Source of the DNA: an uncultured Verrucomicrobiae bacterium
GTDB taxonomy: Bacteria > Verrucomicrobiota > Verrucomicrobiia > Chthoniobacterales > UBA10450
Assembly (NCBI GenBank): GCA_963805485.1
Contig: CAWDUN010000001.1
Coordinates: forward strand, 184,494 to 248,493
DNA: 64,000 bases
Reading direction: 5' to 3'
Numbering within the stretch: position 1 is the stretch's first letter; each line of letters starts with the position of its first letter. The position numbers and the translations under genes are program-made. Positions 44,668 through 55,075 of the stretch are shown here, one piece after another. The notes beneath the pieces were generated by a model. That model was not told the DNA's origin. It saw only the letters and a list, made by a program, of their open reading frames with translations, and searched no databases.

Positions 44668-47600
44668 TCACTTGTAATAAGGCCGCAATGACGGCCGCAG
44701 TTTCCCCACTCGCAGCGCGTTTTCAATTTCCAAGCCAGGGATCTGCTCGTCGGACAACGTGCGAATCTCGCGTGCCTCGAGCGCAGCAACAGGAAGTCCG
44801 TCGCGAAACAGAATGCGGTTCGCGGTGAACGCAGAGATTCGCGTCCCTGGTGTGAGAATACCTTGCAAATTCAAGGGATCGGCAGCACTCAAGGTTATCA
44901 GCTCGCCGTTTGACGAAGTTTTGCGGATCGATCGCAATAGACCGATTGCCTCCGGCAACGCGAATTGTTCGCCGCTTACTCCGCCAACGAAATAGCCGCC
45001 GCGAATTTCTCCGCGTGCTTCCCATCGCCTATAAATCCGTCCCAACTCGTACCACGTGACGGGGAAGCTCTCTCGTTCGAGCAATCGACGGAACACAATT
45101 CCATAACGGCGCAGCAAAACCCGTGCGAATTTTTCAATCGCCGCCTCGCGGGGCCCGGCGCCGTTTGATGCGCCCGCTGTTGGTAAAGCGCCACCGCTCC
45201 TCGGCAATAATGACCAGCGACCTGCAAACTCGATACTGGCGAGGTTTGTTTTGCGCCGGCGTTTTGCAGAATTTCGGCCAAAGGTCGGTCGTTTATTCGA
45301 AGGAACAAGGAGTGCGCGTAACCCATCGAAACTGTCCGAAGTTACCAGACCGAGGGCCGCGAGCTGTGACAAGGCTTCTTCAACTTGGGAAGGCAACAAG
45401 CCGCTGCAGTGGACCAATTCGCTGAAGAAAAGCGCGCCTCCATTTTGAAGTGCCTCAAACACAGCTTGACTGGTGACCGAAAGTTGAGTCGCTGTGTTTG
45501 GCTGAGTCAACGCGAGCCAGTCGGCGAGATTTTCGCGGAGATAAAGCGCGATGGGACTCGTCCGCAAGGGCGCCGATGCTCGTGTGTTTGAATTTTGCGG
45601 CGTGCTCAAACGTCCCCAGCCAACTCGCCCGGAAAAACAGAGCCGGTCCAGCCATTCCGGATCGTAATCGGCCACACGCGCGGGAAGCACCGCCGATTCC
45701 CATGCAGCGAGTGGCAACTCACAACCATCGAGCTGTTCCAGGATGGATTGCAAGCCTTCCAAGCCTTCGGTCCGACGTTCCAGATTGACTCGCTGCCACG
45801 CAAAGAGAAAACGATAAAAATCGTGAATGGACACCGGTTGAATTTCCGCGCGCAATCGATCGATCGTGCGCCGATGAATGCGCGCCAATAATCTGCGATC
45901 ACACCATTCTTGCTCGGCGGCATCGGGATGAAATTTTCCGCGCAACACAAAACCTTCCGCTTCGAGCGCCAGCAGTGCCGCGTCAATTTCCGACTGCTGC
46001 AAAGCCAATGTATCTGCGAGCTCGCTGACGGTGATTGGTCCACAAACCTCCATCCGACCGCGAACCAATTCGCGAATCGCATCGGCGCGTTCCCAGCTCT
46101 TACTCAGCACGGAATCAGGCAAAACCAATTCCGGCTCACACACAGCGCTCGGATAGATCGGCCCAAGCATCGGAAGCCGTTCCGCTGGCACGTAAAACGT
46201 CTTATACCCATCAGCGTTTTGGAGTGCGCGGGTGTTCCGGCGCTTTTCAGGAGTTGTGTCACCGTTCAAAAACGGCGCAGCGGCGCCGCACTCCGAAACC
46301 TCGCGGTTAGAACAACTCCGCGCCTGAATCAGAAGACGTGTTGCGCGGTTCTCCGCCACGAGCGTCGGGAAAAATTGTTGCGGGTTCTCGCCCACGGTTT
46401 GGCAAATCTCTTCCGGCGTCATTACGCCGACAAACATTAGTGCGTCATGCAATTCATCTGCGTTCGTTGCTTCGGGCCACGCTTCAGTCTGAACCTTTTC
46501 GATTGCGGCCGCGTCGAGAACGCCAAGCCCGTCGCTGCCGTTTCTCTCCGAAGCTCGTCGCGTGTAAACTGCCTGTGTGCGACGCTCTTCCAGCGGAGCA
46601 TTGTCAAGAAATGCGTACGGCCGCGCATTTAAAATCTCGGAGGCAAGTGACGACGGTTCCGGCAAATCGCGGGCGACACAGCGGATCTCGCCGTGCTCGA
46701 TTTTGCGCAACACTTGCTCTAATCCGTCGATGTCCATCGCTTCGGTGAGACAATCCTCTATCGTTTGCCTAACCAATGGATGATCGGGAATCTCGCGGTC
46801 GCCCACGATGTGCTCCAGGCACGCGAGCTGATCGGGAAAAACTGCGGCCAAAAGATTTTCCGATTCCATCCGTTGCAGCGGCGCGGCAATTTTCGCGCCA
46901 CCCCGAAAACGCGGCACTGCGAGCGAACGCGTTGCATTCCAGCGCCACCGAATGGTGAACATCGGCGCATCGAACAGCGCTTGAACGAGTAGGCCCCGAA
47001 CTGTTTCGGAATTGAGATAGCGATAAACTTCGTCGAGAGGAAATGAATGCTGCGTTCCGAGCGAAATCACAATCGCGTCATCGGTCGCTGCTGCCTGCAG
47101 CTCGAAATTGAACGAACGGCAAAAACGTTTTCGCAATGCCAAACCCCATGCGCGATTAATTCGGCTGCCGAAAGGCGCGTGCAAGACGAGCTGCATTCCG
47201 CCGGATTCATCGAAGAAACGCTCCAGCACCAGCGCTTGCTGTGAGGGGATTGTGCCTAACGAACGATGTGCGTCCGCAAAATACGCCGCGATTTGTTCTG
47301 CGGCGTTTTGCGGCAACTGGAATTCTTTAGCGATCCATTCTTCGAGTTTGTGAGGGAAGCTGTCAGCTTCCCCTACAGCCAAGCGTTTTTCGATTTCCAT
47401 CCGCAAATTAGAAACTGCACCCGAAAGCTCGTTGGTTCGCGCGGGAGCTTCGCCCAGCCAAAATGGAATTCCCGGTGGCTGACCCTTTGCGTCCTCCACC
47501 CTGACGACCCCGGCATTCACGCGCAGGATTCGCCACGATGCATTTCCAAGTTGAAAAATATCTCCAGCGAGACTCTCGACCGCGAAATCCTCGTTCACTG

Positions 47601-49152
47601 TGCCCACGAAAGTTTCCGACGGCTCGAGGATCACTCGATAATCGGTATTATCGGGAATGGCTCCGCCGGATGTTAGCGCAGTGATTCGGGCGCCGCGCCT
47701 GCCGCGCAAACGATGATTGATCGCGTCATGATGAATCAATGCCGAACGCCGCCCACGCTTTGTGCTGAAACCTTCGGCGAGCATTGTTATGACCTGATCG
47801 AACTCATCGCGCGGGAGATTGCGGTACGGCCAGGCTGAACAGACGAGCTCGAAGAATTCGTTTTCATCCCAATCCTCCGTCGAAGCGGCGGCAACAACTT
47901 GCTGCGCCAACACGTCGAGCGGCTTTTCGGGAATCGTCAGACGATCGAGTTCGCCAAAATTAACACAGCGCAGCAAAGCAGCGCATTCGATCAATTCATC
48001 GCGGCTCAACGGGAAAATGCGCCCCTTCGGCAAACCGCCGCGCTTGTGCTCAGCCCGCCCAACGCGTTGCAACAATGTTGCTATCGACCGCGTCGTTCCT
48101 AACTGGCAAACGAGATCAACAGAGCCAATATCAATTCCCAGCTCCAGCGAAGCCGTGGCGACCAGTGCCTTCAGCTCGCCGCGCTTCAATCGATCCTCCG
48201 CGTCCAGCCGCAGTTTTGCAGAAAGACTTCCGTGATGTGAAGTGATAGCGTCAGCACCCAGCAACTCGCTGAGGTGATGTGTAACACGCTCAGCCATGCG
48301 ACGCGTGTTGACGAAAACCAAGGTCGTTCGATGCGCCTCGATCAACTCTGCGAGCCGACGGTAGACTTCCTCCCAAACTTCGTTAGACATCACCGCCTCA
48401 AGCGCCGATTTGGGCATTTCAATTGCCAGATCCAGTTTGCGGCGATGACCAATATCAATGATCTCGCAATCCGGATTGCCGGCCCGGTCCACGGCGCGAG
48501 TGCCTACGAGAAAACGCGCGACTTCTTCGATCGGTTTCTGCGTTGCGGATAAACCGATTCGTTGCAGCGGACCTTGCACTAAGGCGGCCAAACGTTCGAC
48601 GCTCAGCGCAAGATGCGCGCCGCGGCGGTCATCCACCACCGCATGGATCTCATCAAGGATCAGCGTGCGCGCTGTTTTCAACATTCTCCGACCGGATTCG
48701 GACGTAAGCAGCAGATATAGCGACTCCGGCGTCGTAACCAGAATGTGCGGCGGCCTTTTGATCAGTGCCTGGCGTTGCGCCGCAGTCGTATCGCCGGTGC
48801 GCACGTCGGCGCGAACATCGATGTCGTGGCCATTTGCCTCGGCCAGTAAGGCACGAATTCCGGATAGGGGTTCCTGAAGATTCTTTCGGATATCGTTGCT
48901 CAATGCCTTGAGCGGCGAGACATAAACGACTTGCGTCTCATCAGGTAAATGATCTTCTGCGCCGCGTCGAAATAACGCATCGAGAGAAGCGAGAAACGCA
49001 GCCAGCGTTTTGCCCGATCCAGTAGGCGCAGAAATCAGCGCGTGTCGGCCGGATTGAATGGCCGGCCAGCCACGCATTTGTGGCTCGGTCGGTGAACCGA
49101 ACATCTGTTCGAACCATCGGGAGACGGCGGGGTGAAATCGGAAGGACTGCAT
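44668..49152 (-). CDS. lhr: Lhr-family (large helicase-related) ATP-dependent DNA helicase
   Basis: 1494 aa. SF2 motifs APTGSGKT and DEIH, Lhr-type domains, and the long C-terminal extension typical of full-length Lhr. Confidence 0.9.
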   Translation of the reverse strand: MQSFRFHPAVSRWFEQMFGSPTEPQMRGWPAIQSGRHALISAPTGSGKTLAAFLASLDALFRRGAEDHLPDETQVVYVSPLKALSNDIRKNLQEPLSGIRALLAEANGHDIDVRADVRTGDTTAAQRQALIKRPPHILVTTPESLYLLLTSESGRRMLKTARTLILDEIHAVVDDRRGAHLALSVERLAALVQGPLQRIGLSATQKPIEEVARFLVGTRAVDRAGNPDCEIIDIGHRRKLDLAIEMPKSALEAVMSNEVWEEVYRRLAELIEAHRTTLVFVNTRRMAERVTHHLSELLGADAITSHHGSLSAKLRLDAEDRLKRGELKALVATASLELGIDIGSVDLVCQLGTTRSIATLLQRVGRAEHKRGGLPKGRIFPLSRDELIECAALLRCVNFGELDRLTIPEKPLDVLAQQVVAAASTEDWDENEFFELVCSAWPYRNLPRDEFDQVITMLAEGFSTKRGRRSALIHHDAINHRLRGRRGARITALTSGGAIPDNTDYRVILEPSETFVGTVNEDFAVESLAGDIFQLGNASWRILRVNAGVVRVEDAKGQPPGIPFWLGEAPARTNELSGAVSNLRMEIEKRLAVGEADSFPHKLEEWIAKEFQLPQNAAEQIAAYFADAHRSLGTIPSQQALVLERFFDESGGMQLVLHAPFGSRINRAWGLALRKRFCRSFNFELQAAATDDAIVISLGTQHSFPLDEVYRYLNSETVRGLLVQALFDAPMFTIRWRWNATRSLAVPRFRGGAKIAAPLQRMESENLLAAVFPDQLACLEHIVGDREIPDHPLVRQTIEDCLTEAMDIDGLEQVLRKIEHGEIRCVARDLPEPSSLASEILNARPYAFLDNAPLEERRTQAVYTRRASERNGSDGLGVLDAAAIEKVQTEAWPEATNADELHDALMFVGVMTPEEICQTVGENPQQFFPTLVAENRATRLLIQARSCSNREVSECGAAAPFLNGDTTPEKRRNTRALQNADGYKTFYVPAERLPMLGPIYPSAVCEPELVLPDSVLSKSWERADAIRELVRGRMEVCGPITVSELADTLALQQSEIDAALLALEAEGFVLRGKFHPDAAEQEWCDRRLLARIHRRTIDRLRAEIQPVSIHDFYRFLFAWQRVNLERRTEGLEGLQSILEQLDGCELPLAAWESAVLPARVADYDPEWLDRLCFSGRVGWGRLSTPQNSNTRASAPLRTSPIALYLRENLADWLALTQPNTATQLSVTSQAVFEALQNGGALFFSELVHCSGLLPSQVEEALSQLAALGLVTSDSFDGLRALLVPSNKRPTFGRNSAKRRRKTNLASIEFAGRWSLLPRSGGALPTAGASNGAGPREAAIEKFARVLLRRYGIVFRRLLERESFPVTWYELGRIYRRWEARGEIRGGYFVGGVSGEQFALPEAIGLLRSIRKTSSNGELITLSAADPLNLQGILTPGTRISAFTANRILFRDGLPVAALEAREIRTLSDEQIPGLEIENALRVGKLRPSLRPYYK

Positions 49153-49203
49153 GGAAATGAAGGCGTAGAACGAATAATTTAAATATCTGCGCGAGAAAGA
49201 AAA

Positions 49204-49254
49204 GTAGCACAGGCTTCCAGCGTGTGGGGCACGCGGACATCTTGCCTGCCGAAT
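49204..49254 (+). repeat. REP-like element (type E)
   Basis: GTAGCACAGGCttccaGCgTGTGGGGCACGCggacatcttGCCTGCCGAAT. Confidence 0.6.
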
Positions 49255-49302
49255 CTGTGCACTCGATTAGTTCGCGTTCGCCATTAAAACGATAACGTCA
49301 GT

Positions 49303-49352
49303 TTCTCGGCAGGCGGGACGCCACCGGCCCACAGACAAGATGTCTGTGCTAC
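49303..49352 (-). repeat. REP-like element (type E), inverted relative to 49204..49254
   Basis: Reverse complement reads GTAGCACAGACAtcttGTCTGTGGGCCGGTGGCGTCCCGCCTGCCGAGAA. Its GTAG contains the TAG stop of the glycosyltransferase gene. Confidence 0.6.
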
Positions 49353-50065
49353 AGATTCGCGCGCAGCGTGATCACTTCCCGCAACATGCGCAGGCTGTCG
49401 CGGAAAAAACTGACTTTGCTGCCCGCGGCATGGTTCCAACGCACTGGAACTTCGCGAATCCGCAAACCGGACTGATTCGCGCGATAAAGCAGCTCAACGT
49501 CGAACGCGAAGCCTTCGATCTGGGCCGCTTCAAGAATCGGCCGGCAGGCCTCCAGACGAAATGCTTTAAATCCGCATTGTGTGTCCCAAAACGGCAAGCC
49601 CGTAGCCACCCGCACCAGCAAATTAAAAACGCGGCCGCCCTGCTCCCGACGCCACGGTTGATGCACGCCGATCAAGCTGCGATTCAGAGCACGCGAACCG
49701 AACGCGATATCCACTTCGCCATTTGCGATGGGCTCAATCAGCTTCGGCGTCTCCTCGAGTGGCGTGGAAAGATCGGCGTCGGAGAAAACTCCGATTGGTG
49801 TTCGCGCAGCAAGTAATCCAGAGCGCACCGCAGCGCCTTTTCCGCGATTCGGAAAATTCTCCAGCAAACGCGTGGTGACCGGTGCCGACTTTAATCTTTC
49901 ACGGGCGATTGCTCCCGTCCCATCGGTGGATCCGTCGTTCACCACGATCAATTCACTTTTCGGCGCGTTGGCGGCAAGATAATCGATTGTGAGCCGCAGC
50001 GTTTGGCCGATGCGGCCTTCTTCATTAAAGCATGGAATGACGATGGAGAAGGGCGGCAGCATCAT
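49349..50065 (-). CDS. family 2 glycosyltransferase (polyprenyl-phosphate glycosyltransferase-like)
   Basis: FSIVIPCFNEE, VNDGSTDGT and FSDADLS motifs. Confidence 0.85.
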   Translation of the reverse strand: MMLPPFSIVIPCFNEEGRIGQTLRLTIDYLAANAPKSELIVVNDGSTDGTGAIARERLKSAPVTTRLLENFPNRGKGAAVRSGLLAARTPIGVFSDADLSTPLEETPKLIEPIANGEVDIAFGSRALNRSLIGVHQPWRREQGGRVFNLLVRVATGLPFWDTQCGFKAFRLEACRPILEAAQIEGFAFDVELLYRANQSGLRIREVPVRWNHAAGSKVSFFRDSLRMLREVITLRANL

Positions 50066-50066
50066 T

Positions 50067-50160
50067 TCATCATTCCGAGCGCAGTCGAGGAATCCGTCGC
50101 ACTACCTTACGTTAGTTCCGCGGGATCCTTCGACTCCACTGTGCTGCGCTCAGGATGACA
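50067..50160. repeat. family A MITE-like element
   Basis: TCATCATTCCGAGCGCAGTCGAGGAATCCGTCGC ... CGCGGGATCCTTCGACTCCACTGTGCTGCGCTCAGGATGACAGC. Starts about 1 nt from the glycosyltransferase ATG. Confidence 0.75.
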
Positions 50161-50191
50161 GCGTTGTACTGCGCAGCGCGTGAAGTCTTGT

Positions 50192-51235
50192 TCACTTATA
50201 AATCTCCACCACAAACTTGCCATTCGGCTCGACGTAGCCGCGGTACATGCCGTTTGTATTAAACGCCAACGCGATCTCTCCATTCTTGTCGATGGCGATC
50301 AAACCGCCGGTGCCCCCGAGCTGTTTCACGGCGTCCAGAGCGGTCTGCGCCGCTTCCTGTAACTTTAGGCCGCGATGTTGCATTAGCGCAGAGACTTCAT
50401 GCGCTGCCGCGACACGAATGAAATATTCGCCATCGCCGGTACAGGAAACCGCGCAGGTCTGATTGTTTGCGTAAGTGCCCGCGCCAATCACTGGCGTATC
50501 GCCGATACGTCCGGGCATTTTGTTTGTTGTTCCACCAGTCGAAGTCGCCGCGGCCAAATTCCCATCCTTATCCAGTGCAACCGCACCAACGGTGCCGTGT
50601 CGATCTTGATCGGTGATCAGCAGGCTCTTGCCCGCCCCGCTCGTCTTGTTCTTTTCAGCAGCCTTCATTTTTTGCAAAGCCTCCCACCGTTGCTGAGTAA
50701 AGAAGTATTTTTGGTCAACCAGTTCGATCCCGTTTGCTTTCGCGAATGCTTCCGCCCCCGCGCAATCGAGCATCACGTGCGGAGATTTTTCCATTACCAG
50801 GCGGGCGAGATTAATGGGATTTTTGATGTGTTGCACGCTGCCAACTGCGCCAGCCTTGAGTGTCTTTCCGTCCATAATGGACGCGTCCATTTCGTTTGTG
50901 CCGGCGCTGGTAAATACAGCACCGCGCCCGGCGTTGAAATGCGGATCGTCTTCCAGCACGCGCACCGCTGCTTCGGTTGCGTCGAGACTTGATCCGCCAC
51001 GCTTCAGAATTTCGTAACCAGCAGTCAATGCCCGCTCAAGCCCTGCTCGATATTCACGCTCTTTTTCCGGCGTCATCGAGCCTCGATCAATCGTTCCGGC
51101 GCCACCATGAATCGCGAGTCCAATTTTCTTTGTTTCCATGTCTGGATTGCCCTCGGGACGTATTTCCGACGCCGCAGCATTAAAGAGCAGGAAAGCAAAG
51201 AAGCAATTGGCTGCGCAAGCTCGAGCAATGTTCAT
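50192..51235 (-). CDS. isoaspartyl peptidase/L-asparaginase (Ntn hydrolase), secreted
   Basis: Start moved to ATG 51235 (MNIARACAANCFFAFLLFNAAAS). Autoprocessing site HGTVGAVALD, and GAGT...GDGE motifs. Confidence 0.85.
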   Translation of the reverse strand: MNIARACAANCFFAFLLFNAAASEIRPEGNPDMETKKIGLAIHGGAGTIDRGSMTPEKEREYRAGLERALTAGYEILKRGGSSLDATEAAVRVLEDDPHFNAGRGAVFTSAGTNEMDASIMDGKTLKAGAVGSVQHIKNPINLARLVMEKSPHVMLDCAGAEAFAKANGIELVDQKYFFTQQRWEALQKMKAAEKNKTSGAGKSLLITDQDRHGTVGAVALDKDGNLAAATSTGGTTNKMPGRIGDTPVIGAGTYANNQTCAVSCTGDGEYFIRVAAAHEVSALMQHRGLKLQEAAQTALDAVKQLGGTGGLIAIDKNGEIALAFNTNGMYRGYVEPNGKFVVEIYK

Positions 51236-51377
51236 TACCGCGAATGTAACGCCGTAGGTCTTAGAATGTCGACGCACAAGGAACGACGGCTTGGGCAGCC
51301 GTCATTCCTTGGTGAGCGATTCCGGCACGACCAAGTTTGCGCTTTTCCCCACGAGGAAGTGAGGCAATGTCTCGTCC

Positions 51378-52205
51378 ATGCCTAATGCTGAAGCCCGTCG
51401 GACGACGTCCGGATCGCTGGAGGTCGTTGAGATCCAGCGCAGTTTTCTGCGCGAGCTGGGCAGCGTTTTCTGGTTCATTGTAAACACGTTTCAGGAAAGC
51501 ATGGAACGCGTGCAGCAGGGCCGCGCCCCATTCCGCGCAGCCAGCTTTTTCCGGGAGAGCGTACGGGCTGGTGTGGATTCGGTGCCGCTGGTCGGCTTGG
51601 TCTGTTTCTTTCTCGGCCTAACGATGGCGTTATTAACGGGCTATCAGCTGCAACGCTTCGGAACGGAGCGGCTGATTCCAGGACTCGTGGCCATTGCTTT
51701 CACCCGTGAACTTGGTCCGCTGATCACCGGGATCATGGTGGCTGCACGAATCGGCGCCGCGTTTACAGCCGAACTAGGGACGATGCAGGTCAACGAGGAA
51801 GTCGAAGCTGTTGAGGCAATGGGAATCGGCCCGCTGCGATTTCTCGCCGCGCCTCGGATGCTCGCGCTATTCCTATTGACACCGTGCCTCTCCACGGTTT
51901 CGAACCTGGCAGCGGTATTTGCTAGCAGCCTCGTTTGTAAAGCGTATTTCAGCATCGCATTTCCGTATTTTCTCGATCTGGTAAAAGATTCGCTGCTCAT
52001 TCGCGATATCGTCACGGGTATTTTGAAGAGCTTCATGTTTGGTCTGCTCATTGCCGCGATCGCCTGCTACCGCGGACTGACTGTTAAGGGCGGCGCGGCT
52101 GGAGTCGGCACCAACACCACTTCGAGCGTCGTTACCGCTATCACAACCGTGATCGGTACCGACACGGTTTATAACATCATTTACACGAATTTTTATCCGA
52201 CGTGA
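51378..52205 (+). CDS. mlaE: MlaE-family ABC transporter permease
   Basis: 275 aa with 5-6 TM helices and the conserved REL(G)PL..G..VAARIG...AELG.M.V.EE..A...MG pattern. Confidence 0.8.
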   Translation: MPNAEARRTTSGSLEVVEIQRSFLRELGSVFWFIVNTFQESMERVQQGRAPFRAASFFRESVRAGVDSVPLVGLVCFFLGLTMALLTGYQLQRFGTERLIPGLVAIAFTRELGPLITGIMVAARIGAAFTAELGTMQVNEEVEAVEAMGIGPLRFLAAPRMLALFLLTPCLSTVSNLAAVFASSLVCKAYFSIAFPYFLDLVKDSLLIRDIVTGILKSFMFGLLIAAIACYRGLTVKGGAAGVGTNTTSSVVTAITTVIGTDTVYNIIYTNFYPT

Positions 52206-52990
52206 GCACGCCGCCGCAAATGGTTGAGCTGCGCGACGTCCACATGCAGTTCGAGAAAAAAAATGTGCTCCAAAGCGTCTCACTGCATGTGCAGCCGCAG
52301 GAGCGGCTGGTCATCATGGGCCAGAGCGGCAGCGGTAAAAGCACAATTTTGCGTCTGATCCTTGGCATACTCCGACCGGATTCCGGCTCGGTTTTTTTCA
52401 AACAATTTGAGATCAATCGTCTGAAGCGCAGAAAACTTCAACAGGTGCGACAGCAGATCGGCATGGTCTATCAATATTCGGCGCTGTTAAGCTCGCTCAC
52501 GGTTCGCGACAATGTGGCGCTGCCGCTGGAAGAACTTACCCAGAAAACGCAGAGCGAGATTGATAAAATTGTCGACGAAAAACTCGACCTCGTAGGAATG
52601 CTGGACACAAAGGACCTGCTGCCGGACGAACTTAGCGGCGGTATGCGCAAACGTGTGGCCCTTGCACGCGGACTCGTGCTCGAGCCCGAATTAATCCTGC
52701 TGGACGAGCCATCGGCAGGACTCGACCCCGTCATCGCTACGGTTGTTGACGAACTGATTATCAGCCTCACTCAGAAATCGAAGGCGACCTCTATCACCGT
52801 GACGCACGAAATGGAGAGCGCCTTTCGTATCGCTACGAGAATGGCTATGTTATATGAGGGAAAGATTATTGAAGAAGGCGAACCAGAACAGTTCAAACAA
52901 TCTAAGAACCGGGTGGTCGCACAGTTCTTGAGCGGCAGCACGGAAGGCCCGATTCTGGAAGGCTCACTTGATGCAATTACAAAGAAATGA
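52202..52990 (+). CDS. mlaF: ABC transporter ATP-binding protein (MlaF-like)
   Basis: Walker A GQSGSGKST, signature LSGGMRKRV, Walker B LILLDEP. GTG start overlaps the mlaE stop. Confidence 0.85.
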   Translation: MSTPPQMVELRDVHMQFEKKNVLQSVSLHVQPQERLVIMGQSGSGKSTILRLILGILRPDSGSVFFKQFEINRLKRRKLQQVRQQIGMVYQYSALLSSLTVRDNVALPLEELTQKTQSEIDKIVDEKLDLVGMLDTKDLLPDELSGGMRKRVALARGLVLEPELILLDEPSAGLDPVIATVVDELIISLTQKSKATSITVTHEMESAFRIATRMAMLYEGKIIEEGEPEQFKQSKNRVVAQFLSGSTEGPILEGSLDAITKK

Positions 52991-53972
52991 AATCCTGACA
53001 GGTCTGCTCGTGGTCGGCACCATCGGCGTGATCGCCTTTCTGCTGGTGTTGCTCGGCGCGCCGGGATTATTTCGGCCGCTGGTCACGTATGGGGTTTACT
53101 TCGATAACGCGGCTGGGATTAAGCCGGGTGCGGTGGTAATGCTCGCAGGCCGCAAGATTGGTCAGGTCCAGAAATTGTATTCGCCACTCACGCCTGCCGA
53201 AGAGAAGCAGGCACAGCAAGCGGCGGCGGCGATTCACCCGGCTGAGCCAGGTGCAAGCCCCGCCCCATCACCGCGATTCGAAGCGCGCGTTGATGTGCAG
53301 GTGGACAAGAGCGCCATGATTTATCGCGACGCGAAGGCACAGATGGTCCAACTCGGTTTGTTAGGCGACATGGCAATCGATTTCACGCAGGGCACACAAG
53401 AGTCCGGTCGCGCAAAAATTGGCGAGACGTTTGCAGGTGAACGGACACCCGATCTCGGCGAGGCCGCAGCGAAAATGTTGGAGGTCATCAAACCGGTTGC
53501 CAACGAAGCGACCAATACCATGAAAGACCTGCAGAACACCGCTCAAAATCTCAACAAACTCACTGACGAAAATTCCGAACTGAATCTTGCTCTCACGCAG
53601 TTCAAAACATTCGGCGAACACCTTTCCGGTCTAACCGCTCCCGACAGCGCGCTCTCGCAGTCGCTCACGAACATCGAAAAAATCAGCACCAGCTTAACGG
53701 AGAATGACAACATCAAAGTGACCCTGCAAAACCTGCGGTCGTCATCAGAGAAATTAAAGGTCGCGACAACCGAACTCCAGCCGGCCGGCGAAAACATCAA
53801 ACAATTCAGCGAGACAATTAAAACTCAGCCGTGGCGTCTGATTTGGCCTTCGACGAAAAGGTACGCCGAAGCGTCACCATCTCCCGCTCCTGCCCAGGGT
53901 ACAATCACTGTGCGCAAAAGCGCGCGAGCAAAACCGCGGGCTACTCCCAGAACGCGCACGAGCCAACGGTAG
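52971..53972 (+). CDS. mlaD: MlaD/MCE-domain protein
   Basis: N-terminal TM helix (ILTGLLVVGTIGVIAFLLVLLG), an MCE-like beta-barrel region and a helical C-terminus. Overlaps the mlaF end. Confidence 0.75.
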   Translation: MQLQRNEILTGLLVVGTIGVIAFLLVLLGAPGLFRPLVTYGVYFDNAAGIKPGAVVMLAGRKIGQVQKLYSPLTPAEEKQAQQAAAAIHPAEPGASPAPSPRFEARVDVQVDKSAMIYRDAKAQMVQLGLLGDMAIDFTQGTQESGRAKIGETFAGERTPDLGEAAAKMLEVIKPVANEATNTMKDLQNTAQNLNKLTDENSELNLALTQFKTFGEHLSGLTAPDSALSQSLTNIEKISTSLTENDNIKVTLQNLRSSSEKLKVATTELQPAGENIKQFSETIKTQPWRLIWPSTKRYAEASPSPAPAQGTITVRKSARAKPRATPRTRTSQR

Positions 53973-54015
53973 CACAGCCGCCTTGGCTCAGGCCGGCGGC
54001 ACGTTGCCTGCCGCC
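53969..54015 (+). repeat. REP-like element (type E)
   Basis: GTAGCACAGCCgccttGGCTCAGGCCGGCGGCAcgttGCCTGCCGCC. Its GTAG contains the mlaD TAG stop (53970-53972). Confidence 0.6.
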
Positions 54016-54097
54016 AAAATCTTCATCGTGTGCTACGATGCGTCGTGATGAAATCGTGCATCGAGCCAAATTGGCTTGGCGCGACATTGAGGCCTGT

Positions 54098-54328
54098 TTA
54101 CTGATCCGGCCCATTTCCGGCCATCTTTTCCAGGTTCCGGTTGTGCTTCTCGTTGGCCTCCATTATGTGATCGACGCTTTTCCTTAGTCTTTGTCCATCG
54201 TATCCAACCAAATCTGCCGCCTCCAGGACCCTTGTGCTTCCAGGTGTGCTTGGGGTAGTGGAATTTGTGGAGGCAGTTTTGTTCCCACATCCGGATGAAA
54301 GCAACATCGTCGCGAAAACCATCGCCAT
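54098..54328 (-). CDS. small lipoprotein, hypothetical
   Basis: MAMVFATMLLSSGC lipobox when started at ATG 54328. Ser/Thr/Pro linker followed by a short charged domain. Confidence 0.4.
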   Translation of the reverse strand: MAMVFATMLLSSGCGNKTASTNSTTPSTPGSTRVLEAADLVGYDGQRLRKSVDHIMEANEKHNRNLEKMAGNGPDQ

Positions 54329-54518
54329 CGCCGCGGTGCGAAATGTGGTTTTCACAAGGCTAATGAGAATTGAGCAGATCACCGGGGGATGAAATCAACG
54401 AGTTCTAGCGCAATTCTGAATGTAAGTTCCTGCCTGATCTGTCATAGCTGATCGCGTTCGCCTGATGATCCGGCGCTAATTTACTCAGCGTAATTTAATC
54501 TTACGAGGCTGACTCCAG

Positions 54519-54989
54519 CTATGGCCCGTAGCTTTTGGTGAATTTCTTTCGCGATTCTGGCTCGGGCTCGGCTGATGCGATCGGCGGTTCTTGCTCTGCA
54601 GCGCCTGAGGGTGGTTGTTCCGCCGGTTGTGAGGTCGCGGGCGGAGGCCGTTCAGGTTGTGCGGCAGTGTCCGGCGCGGCCTCGCTGCGGCGTGCAGACT
54701 CCGGTTGCGCTCCACCAGAGACTTCCACAAACGCCATCTGCAAATTGGAAAGGGCGTTTCGCAGAACCATCGTTTCTTCGTTCGTGAGGTTGCCGCGCGT
54801 CTTTTCCTGAATCATTTCGAGTTGATCGATGAACATCCTGGCCAGATCCAGATTGATTTCGGCTTCGCCCGTCTTTGGATTTGGAATTTGACCGAGGAAC
54901 AGCGCGGCGTTTTGCGCGTGCATCATTACGAATTCGATGAACCGCTGGGTCATCTCACCGGTCTGAACAGTTTTTTGCACTTCAGCCAT
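54519..54989 (-). CDS. DUF1844-like protein
   Basis: FIEFVMMHAQNAALFLGQIPNPKTGEAEINLDLARMFIDQLEMIQEKTRGNL matches my memory of DUF1844. The C-terminal tail is Pro/Ala/Glu-rich. Confidence 0.55.
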   Translation of the reverse strand: MAEVQKTVQTGEMTQRFIEFVMMHAQNAALFLGQIPNPKTGEAEINLDLARMFIDQLEMIQEKTRGNLTNEETMVLRNALSNLQMAFVEVSGGAQPESARRSEAAPDTAAQPERPPPATSQPAEQPPSGAAEQEPPIASAEPEPESRKKFTKSYGP

Positions 54990-55010
54990 AAAGCAAAGGG
55001 ATGAGTTACG

Positions 55011-55075
55011 GGTGACGAGTGATAATTCTTACGATAGCACGATTTCGCTGGTCACTCATCACTTCTCACCGTCAC
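55011..55075. repeat. palindromic element related to family B (GTGACGAGTGA variant)
   Basis: GGTGACGAGTGAT ... GGTCACTCATCACTTCTCACCGTCAC. Lies between the DUF1844 start and the M16 stop. Confidence 0.35.
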
